Assembly (NCBI GenBank): GCA_030141605.1
Contig: JAQGDQ010002235.1
Span: 1 to 7,227 of the forward strand
DNA from: Tubiluchus corallicola
Taxonomy: Eukaryota > Animalia > Priapulida
Direction of reading: 5' to 3'
DNA: 7,227 nt
Part shown: in pieces, positions 1-6,690 of the stretch
How the letters are laid out: each line of letters starts with the position of its first letter
Numbering within the stretch: position 1 is the stretch's first letter
The notes under the pieces: generated by a model
The model's database searches: none
What the model saw: only the letters and a program-made list of their open reading frames with translations
Told to the model about the DNA's origin: nothing
Program-made: the position numbers and the translations under genes

Positions 1-450
1 GGACGTTACGGCTGTCTCCCTTTTAAATCAGCAACAATGACAAAATTCTTGTACTAAATGACATGTGATGTGACTTCGTTCGTCATTATAACATCTTAAT
101 CTTGTTTTGCATAGATGCATAAATTTCTCCAGGGCTGTTCGCCAGACAGACATATTAGAGTAATTGGTGCCAAGCAATGTGTTGCTATAGTTTAGCATGG
201 ACGAAACAATGTAGTTATCATCAATATATCATCAAAATTATCATTTTCCTAGTGAGATATACTCCATGTCAAGTGTTATTATTATTTAATTAAAAATTGA
301 AGTTTGTGTGTGCAGTACTTTAGCTTGTAAGCATTTTGTTTCAACATTGTTACTGTAGTCTGGTGCATTTTTGAAATTGCAACTCTGTATTAAAATCTGC
401 TGAGTAATTCAAAATTGTATCTATCTATACTCTTATATTAATATTCTTGG

Positions 451-480
451 TATATATATTTATTTATTTATATATATATA
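451..480. repeat. (TA)n/(TATT)n microsatellite near the element 5' end
   Basis: tatatatatttatttatttatatatatata. The equivalent position in copy 2 (2863-2880) is the shorter tatcttaatgcatatata. Confidence 0.85.
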
Positions 481-1210
481 AGATTCGAGGCTACAGCCCG
501 GACGAGGGCACCATTTGCGGCGATCTATATATCAAACGAAAGGTCTCGATCTAGTGTCTTATCATTGATGGTTTATTTTTCGAATCGGGCCCACCGGGAG
601 GAACGGGGGCGAAAACCCCCCAAAAATGGCCCTTTTTCGGCCGTTTTTGCAAAAGTTATACGGCTGAGATGTAGAGAACGGGAACGGGCCGAGGGGGGTG
701 CTGTGTATGGATAGATAGCCCGTTCAGCGGTGCGTGTCATAGGCATATTTAGAGTTCCCGAGAGGACCACGGCGCCCCGCAACGGGCGTTTTCCCGGACC
801 CAACTCGCGTTTTTTTCGAAATTTTGACCAAACAGCATGCGGGAAAAACGTTCTAGCGTCGCCCGGTGGGACTCTAGGAAGGAGATACGGGGCTCATCAG
901 AAAGAGGAAGAACGGGGCTACACGATGATGTGGGCTATATTTTAGGGCAGGTCCACTGAGAGGAATACCGACGAGTTAATTAGGAGTTCTATTTTCGGCA
1001 ATTTTCGCTTAGAAAACTGCTGACGTAAAGGCATTGTTGTGACGTCATCCATTGTACTCTGCCTATAATCTTATAACTTTAATTCAGCAAAAAGCTGCAG
1101 GCTTTGCGTTAGATAAACAGACAAACAGTAGGCAGGATGTTACGGGCTTTGTGTTATAAATGAGGACTAGGTAGGATGTTCGCGTATTATTGATTACACG
1201 TGGTTTTTTA

Positions 1211-1239
1211 CGCAAAATCTTTTGCGGGGCCTTTGCTAT
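1211..1239 (+). other. Internal degenerate Helitron-like 3' terminus (hairpin + CTAT)
   Basis: cgcaaaa-tc-ttttgcg inverted repeat (1211-1226), then gggcctttg, CTAT (1236-1239) and ttattat. This aligns with 2800-2836 (cacaaaattctttttgtggggtttggCTAGttattat). Confidence 0.6.
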
Positions 1240-1348
1240 TTATTATATTATAGCACATAGTTTCAACTTTTTGAAAAATGTTTGGAATGGTTTTGTTGTA
1301 ATGCTGTGCTGTTGGTGCTTGTGCTATAGGTGTCGTCATCGTTGCCAC

Positions 1349-1375
1349 CATCATCATCATCATCATCAACATCAT
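1349..1375 (+). repeat. (CAT)n microsatellite
   Basis: (CAT)6 CAA (CAT)2. It is the source of the poly-His/poly-Asp ORF translations. Confidence 0.92.
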
Positions 1376-1399
1376 GATCAGCACGTGAGGTGGTGGATT

Positions 1400-2790
1400 T
1401 GATGTGGTGATGGTGTGCTTTGTGTGTTGTGTTATTAATGGTGTGGTGGGGTGATAGGGTGTGTGGGGTGTGGGGTGTGGTGTGGGTAGTGTGGTATGGA
1501 GTGGGTGGCGTGGTGTGTGGGTGGGTGTTGTGGTGCAGTGTGGTATTATGGTGTGGTGTAATGCGATGTGGTGTGGTGCAGTGGTATTGTGTGGTGCAGT
1601 GTGGTGTCATGTGGTGGAGTCGTATGGTGTAGGTTGTGTGGTGTGGTGTGTGGGTGGTGCCGTGTGCTGCAGTGGTATGGTGTGGTGTGGTGTAGTGTGG
1701 TGTTATGGTGTGGTGCTGTGCGGTGTGATGTGGTGGAGTATTATGATGTGGGTGGTGTGGTGTGGTGTGTGGGTGGTGCAGTGGTATGGTGTGGTGCAGT
1801 GTGGTGGAGTGGTATGGTGTGGGTGGTATGGTGTGTAGGTGGTATGGTGTGGTGCTGTGCGGTGTGATGTGGTGGAGTATTATGGTGTGGGTGGTGTGGT
1901 GTGGGTGGTGCTGTATGGTGTGGTGCGGTGTGGTGTGATGTAGTGGTATGGTGTGGGTGGGTGGTGTGAGGTGGAGTGGTATGGTGTGGTGCGGTGTGGT
2001 GTGATGTGGTGGAGTGGTATGGTGTGGTGTGTAGGTGGGTGGGTGGTGTGGTGCAGTGTGGTGTTATGGTGTGGTGCTGTGCGGTGTCATGTGGTGGAGT
2101 CGTATGGTGTAGGTTGTGTGGTGTGGTGTGTGGGTGGTGCCATGTGCTGCAGTGGTATGGTGTGGTGTGGTGTAGTGTGGTGTTATGGTGTGGTGCTGTG
2201 CGGTGTGATGTGGTGGAGTATTATGGTGTGGGTGGTGTGGTGTGGTGTGTGGGTGGTGCAGTGGTATGGTGTGGTGCAGTGTGGTGGAGTGGTATGGTGT
2301 GGGTGGTATGGTGTGGTGCAGTGTGGTGTTATGGTGTGGTGCTGTGCGGTGTGATATGGTGGAGTATTATGGTGTGGGTGGTGCAGTGGTATGGTGTGGG
2401 TGGTGTGGTGTGGTGCGGTGTGGTGGTATTGTGTGGTGCAGTGTGGTGCTATGAGGTGGAGTGGTATGGTGTGGTGCGGTGTGGTGTGATGTGGTGGAGT
2501 GGTATGGTGTGGTGTGTAGGTGGGTGGGTGGTGTGGTGCAGTGTGGTGTTATGGTGTGGTGCTGTGTGGTGTGATGTGGTGGAGTATTATGGTGTGAGTG
2601 GTGCAGTGGTATGGTGTGGTGCAGTGTGGTGTGATGTGGTGGAGTGGTATGGTGTGGGTGGTGTGGTGTGTAGGTGGCATGGTGTGGTGCAGTGCAGTGT
2701 GGTGGTATTGTGTGGTGCGATGAGGTGGAGTGGTATGGTGTGGTGCAGTGTGGGGTGATGAGGTGGAGTGGTGTGGTGTGGGTTGTGTGT
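1400..2790 (+). repeat. Degenerate pentameric G/T-rich satellite, (GTGTG/GTATG/GTGCA)n, with ~480 bp higher-order repeat
   Basis: Continuous gtgtg-based units with variants gtatg, gtgca, gtgga, gtgct. Blocks 1602-1835 and 2082-2315 are near identical (offset 480). The boundaries are approximate. Confidence 0.95.
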
Positions 2791-2799
2791 TGATTTGTG

Positions 2800-2829
2800 C
2801 ACAAAATTCTTTTTGTGGGGTTTGGCTAG
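2800..2829 (+). other. Helitron-like 3' terminal hairpin and CTAG end
   Basis: A 7-bp stem cacaaaa/ttttgtg with a 4-nt loop, ending 12 nt before the end of CTAG. The next base is T. The stem is AT-rich and weaker than typical Helitron hairpins. Confidence 0.62.
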
Positions 2830-3729
2830 TTATTATCTGTACTCTTATATTAATATTCTTGGTATCTTAATGCATATATAAGATTCGAGGCTACAGCTTC
2901 GACGAGGGCACCGTTTGCGGCGATCTATACATCAAACGAAAGGTCTCGATCTAGTGTCGTCTCATTGATGATTTATTTTTCGAATTGGGCCCACTGGGAG
3001 GAACGGGGGGCGAAAAACCTCCAAAAATGGCCCTTTTTCGGCCGTTTTTTGCAAAAGTTATACGGCTGAGATGTAGAGAACGGGAACGGGCCGAGGGTAG
3101 TGCTGGGTATGGATAGATAGCCCGTTCAGCGGTGGGTGTCATAGGCCTATTTAGAATTCGCTAGAGAGCCACGGTGCCCCGCAACGGGCGTTTTCCCGGA
3201 CCCAACTCGCGAAATTTTGGCCAAACAGATTGCGGGAAAAACGTTCTAAAGTCGCCCGGTGGGACTCTCGTAAGGAGATATGGGGCTCTTTACAAAGAGG
3301 AAGGACAGGGCTATACGATGGTGTTGGCTATGTGTTAGGGCAGGTCCACCGAGAGGAGTACTGGCGAGTTAATTAGGAGTTCCATTTTCGGCAATTTTCG
3401 CTTAGAAAACTGCTGACGCAAAACCATTGTTCTGACGTCATCCATTGTATTCTGTCTATAATCTTATAGCTTTAATTCAGCAAAAAGCTGCTACAGGCTT
3501 TGCGTTAGTTAAACAAACTGTAGGCATGATGTTACGGTCTTTGCGTTATAAATGTGGACTAGGTAGGATGTTCGCGTATTATTGATTACACGTGAAAATC
3601 TTTTGCGGGGCGTTTGCTATTTATTATATTATAGCACATAGTTTCAACTTTGTGAAAAATGTTTGGAATGGTTTTGTTGTAATGCTGTGCTGTTGGTGCT
3701 TGTGCTATAGGTGTTTTCATCGTTGCCAC

Positions 3730-3756
3730 CATCATCATCATCATCATCAACATCAT
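3730..3756 (+). repeat. (CAT)n microsatellite (copy 2)
   Basis: (CAT)6 CAA (CAT)2, the same structure as 1349-1375. Confidence 0.92.
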
Positions 3757-3782
3757 GTTCACCACGTGAGGTGGTGGATTTG

Positions 3783-3906
3783 ATGTGGTGTGGTGGTGGT
3801 GTGCTTTGTGTGTTGTGCTATGGATGGTGTGGTGGGGTGATAGGGAGTGTGGGGTGTGGTGTGGGTAGTGTGGTATGGAGTGGGTGGCGTGGTGTGTGGG
3901 TGGGTG
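3783..3906 (+). repeat. Short G/T-rich satellite stub (start of the array seen in copy 1)
   Basis: Matches ~1402-1527 (e.g. gtgggtagtgtggtatggagtgggtggcgtggtgtgtgggtgggtg) and then stops. Confidence 0.85.
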
Positions 3907-4443
3907 GTTTTTGCGCAGTTTTTGCGTGATCTTTGCACAGTTTTTGCGCGATCTTTGCACAGTTTTTGCGCGATCTTTGCACAGTTTTTGCGCAATCTTT
4001 GCACAGTTTTTGCGCGATCTTTGCACAGTTTTTGCGCGATTTTGCACAGTTTTTGCGCGATCTTTTTGGACAGTTTTTGCTCAATTTTTGCACAGTTTTT
4101 GCGCGATCTTTGCACAGTTTTTGCGCAGTTTTTGCACAGTTTTTGCGGAGTTTTTATTATCTTTGCACAGTTTTTTTGCGTGATCCTTGCACAAAAATTG
4201 CGCAACTTTATGCAGTTTTTGCGGGATCTTTGTGCAGTTTTTGCGCAATCTTTGCACAGTTTTTGCGCGATCTTTGCACAGTTTTTGCGTAGTTTTTGCG
4301 TGATCTTTGCACAGTTTTTGCACAGTTTTTGCTCGATCTTTGCACAGTTTTTGCGCAATCTAGCACAATTTTTGCTCGATCTTTGCACAGTTTTTGCGCA
4401 ATCTAGCACAATTTTTGCTCGATCTTTATGCAGTTTTTGCGGG
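3907..4443 (+). repeat. Minisatellite array 1, 22-bp unit TTTGCACAGTT-TTTGCGCGATC (dimer of 11-mers)
   Basis: Tandem tttgcacagtttttgcgcgatc with variants (gcgcaatc, gcgtgatc, gcgggatc, gctcgatc). There are occasional single 11-mer units. Confidence 0.96.
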
Positions 4444-4691
4444 AGTTCTTGATGGAAAATTTCTAGTGAGTGTGAACGTTGGGCAGAGCTAAACAGTTGC
4501 TAAACGTACCGTCTGGCATTTCACCATGAGAAATTCCTATCGCTTTCATAGGAATCATATCCTTGAATGAGACAGTTGAAATCATTTACCGTGCAATCCT
4601 GTAATGACATTTGCAAAGAAACTGCAACTAAAGTTTTTTGCGATAATATTAAGTGCAGTAAGAGATTGTGAGTGCAAAATGTGATTCCATT

Positions 4692-5393
4692 CAAAAATTG
4701 AGCAACTTTATGCAGTTTTTGCAACTTTGCATTCTCGCAATCTTTGCGTTTTGCGCGATCTTTGCGCAGTTTTTGCGGGATCTTTGCGCAGTTTTTGCGA
4801 GGCCTTTGTGCAGTTTCTGCGCAAACTTTGCACATTTTTTGCTCAATCTTTGCGCAGTTTTTGCGGGATCTTTGAGCAGTTTTTGCGCGATTTTTTTAGC
4901 AGTTTTTCCGCAATCTTTGTGCAGTTTTTACGCGATCTTTGCACAGTTTTTGCGGGATCTTTGCACAGTTTTTGTGCTATTTTTGCACAGTTATTGCGTG
5001 ATCTTGCGCAGTTTTTGCACAATCTTTGCGCAGTTTTTGTGCAATCTTTGCACAGTTTTTGCGCGATCTTTGTGCAGTTTTTGCGCGATCTTTTTGCACA
5101 GTTTTTGCGCGATCTTGCGCAGTTTTTGCGCGATCTTTTTGCACAGTTTTTGCGCTATATTTGCACAGTTTTTGCGCAATCTTTGTGCATTTTTTGCGCG
5201 ATCTTTGCATAGTTTTTGCGTGATCTTTGTGCAGTTTTTACGCGATCTTTGCACAGTTTTTGAGCCATTTTTCCACAGTTTTTGCATGATCTTGCGCAGT
5301 TTTTGCGCAATCTTTGCGCAGTTTTTGTGCGATCTTTGCATAGTTTTTGCGCGATCTTTGTGCAGTTTTTGCGCGATCTTTGCATAGTTTTTG
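4692..5393 (+). repeat. Minisatellite array 2, same 11/22-bp family
   Basis: Same unit and orientation as 3907-4443, with additional 20- and 24-bp variants (gatcttgcgcag, gatctttttgcacag). It ends abruptly at gcatagtttttg (5393). Confidence 0.96.
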
Positions 5394-5409
5394 TTATAGG
5401 TTAGAATTG

Positions 5410-5990
5410 TTCAGAAATCTGATGAATCACTTCAAAAAACGAGATTATTATTATTGTCAGAATATCGGTTGTTATTAAATTCCAGACGAAATTATTGGGG
5501 ATTAAAATCTTCCTTTGTCTGCAGGGAGTTAACCTGCCACTCACTTAAATACTTCAAAAGGATTATAAATAAGCTGCTCTTTTGTGTGCAGAGAGCATGT
5601 CTCAAGATTGCAAAGATTACAAATTTCAAAAGCGAGGGTTATTATTATTAAATTCCAGACGAATTTGATGAAGATTAAATCTTTCTTTATGAGCAGAGCG
5701 TAAGCTGGGTCTTAGCTGAATTACTTTAGAAGATTTTAAAAACCATTAGGCTGTTCTTTTATGTGTGGAGAACGTTTAAATTGGTCTGCAATTTAGAGTT
5801 TTATAAAATCTGCTGTCGAATTTCAAAAGTGGGGATTATTATTTCAGGCTCGTTTCAGTCATTATCAAGTTCCAGACAAAATTACTCAAGATTAAAATCT
5901 TTCTTTGTTTGCATGGCATGAATGGCGTCTCAACTCAAATCCTTTAAAATATTTTAAAAAGCTTTGGGCTGCTTGAGGCAGAGTGGATGC
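5410..5990 (+). repeat. Degenerate tandem repeat, ~3 copies of a ~170-220 bp unit
   Basis: Colinear anchors: ttcaaaa..ttattat (5431, ~5625, ~5822), ttccagac (5480, 5653, 5870), each followed by gattaaa(a)tctt..cttt and later gctg(c/t)t. Boundaries are approximate. Confidence 0.8.
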
Positions 5991-6094
5991 TTAAAGAATA
6001 TCAGATAAATTTAATGATAATGTTGCACGATGCAAACCACTTGAGACGTTCCTGACAAAACACAAAGAGCAGCTGTAATTTTCACATCAAAAGC

Positions 6095-6690
6095 ATAATA
6101 CTGATTGAAATTGCTGATAAGTATAATCCAGTTTTCTGTATAGACTGGAGGAATTTTCTCAGGTGTTCAGGCAGGTAATGACCAACCTTGAAGATCTTTC
6201 CATGAAGTGATTCTGTTTTATAATAAACTGCAACCAAGTTGCAAAATAATTTCAGTCGATGATGATGATAACTTGAAAAGCTTAATAAACAGAAAGTACA
6301 ATCAAGAGTTTAGTCCTTAAAATTCCCTCAATCAAGTTACAAAGCTGGTCATTAATCATTTGATTTTTCAATCATTATCTAATACTATTAGGCATCAGTT
6401 TATTGGAAACTGAATAAGACACTGTGCTATATGAAAAACGTCCAAGGTTGGTTATGGAATATCCTGGGAAAATTCCGCGCATCAGTTTAAAAAGCCAGAT
6501 TAAAATTAAATGTAATTTCAATCATTTTGTAATCGGTGCAATTTATTGATCATAGAAGCGTCTTTGTGTGTTATGAAGAACTCTTCAAGGTTGGTCGTTG
6601 CTCAGCGTTCATCCAGACATTCCTCCCGCAATAATCCTGGGAAAATTCCTCTCAGCACGTTAAAATGAAGGATTATAATCATCATTGGTA
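6095..6690. repeat. Second degenerate repeat family (~150-175 bp unit): ~2.5 direct copies plus one inverted copy
   Basis: caaggttggt at 6443 and 6586. atcctgggaaaattcc at 6461 and 6634, with aaaattcc at 6319. Reverse-complement matches: gaccaaccttgaaga (6180-6194) to tcttcaaggttggtc (6582-6596), 15/15, and gaggaattttctcagg (6148-6163) to cctgggaaaattcctc (6636-6651), 15/16. Confidence 0.8.

Larger units (their letters stand above)
424..1527 (+). repeat. ~1.1 kb direct repeat (partner 2836-3906)
   Basis: Direct alignment, e.g. agattcgaggctacagc at 481 and 2881, and aatgtttggaatggttttgttgtaatgctgtgctgttggtgcttgtgctataggtgt in both copies. Only scattered substitutions and small indels. Confidence 0.97.
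424..2829 (+). mobile_element. Putative non-autonomous Helitron-like (rolling-circle) element, copy 1, ~2.4 kb, carrying simple-repeat cargo
   Basis: Homology with copy 2 begins at A|TCTATACTCTTATATTAATATTC (TC at 424-425, preceded by A). The element ends in a hairpin cacaaaa-ttct-ttttgtg (2800-2817), 8 nt, then CTAG (2826-2829) followed by T. 5'-TC, a subterminal 3' hairpin, CTRR-3', insertion between A and T, and the absence of TIRs/TSD are the established Helitron hallmarks. No Rep/helicase ORF is present. The 5' end could alternatively be the TC at 420 (atct repeated). Confidence 0.65.
2836..3906 (+). mobile_element. Second copy of the same Helitron-like element, 5' part; 3' end not defined
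   Basis: Starts A|TCTGTACTCTTATATTAATATTCTTGGTA at 2836 and is colinear with 424-~1527. 481-600 vs 2881-3000 differ at 10 of 120 positions by my count. Homology stops at ~3906, where the 22-bp minisatellite begins. Confidence 0.62.

Noticed and set aside
115-159. Possible 45-nt exon (ttgttttgcatAG|atgcat...attaga|GTaatt)
   Set aside because: The splice-like signals are plausible, but the peptide is unrecognisable and such signals are frequent by chance in AT-rich DNA. RNA-seq would be needed.
573-945. Short ORFs in the element core (573-803 minus, 730-945 plus; partial counterpart 2951-3142)
   Set aside because: Reading frames are not preserved between the two copies (single-base indels), the starts are non-ATG or inconsistent, and no Rep/helicase motifs are recognisable.
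1400-2790. True telomere or telomeric repeat
   Set aside because: The array is internal, highly degenerate, pentamer-based and lacks TTAGGG/TTAGG units.
1190-2804. ORFs rich in V/W/C/G (+) and H/T/P (-), up to 260 aa
   Set aside because: These are translations of the GTGTG satellite and (CAT)n. Several frames on both strands are open simultaneously because the repeat is poor in stop codons, and no domain-like sequence is present.
424-3906. LTR retrotransposon interpretation of the two long direct repeats
   Set aside because: There are no TG...CA ends, PBS, PPT, TSD or internal coding sequence. The ends fit Helitron signatures better.
4444-4467. CTAG|T at 4463-4467 as a possible 3' end of copy 2
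   Set aside because: There is no convincing hairpin 10-15 nt upstream, and CTAGT occurs by chance elsewhere (e.g. 551-555). It cannot be excluded but is unsupported.
3586-5387. ORFs with repeated FAQFLRDLCTV / KNCAKIAQKLC motifs, superficially like repeat proteins
   Set aside because: They arise from the 22-bp minisatellite (period not a multiple of 3), and the same peptide motifs appear in all frames.
3907-5393. Possible CRISPR array
   Set aside because: The repeats are directly adjacent with no unique spacers, no cas genes are present, and the context looks eukaryotic.
5454-5651. 65-aa ORF
   Set aside because: It has a non-ATG start and lies in a degenerate repeat whose other units contain stops and indels.
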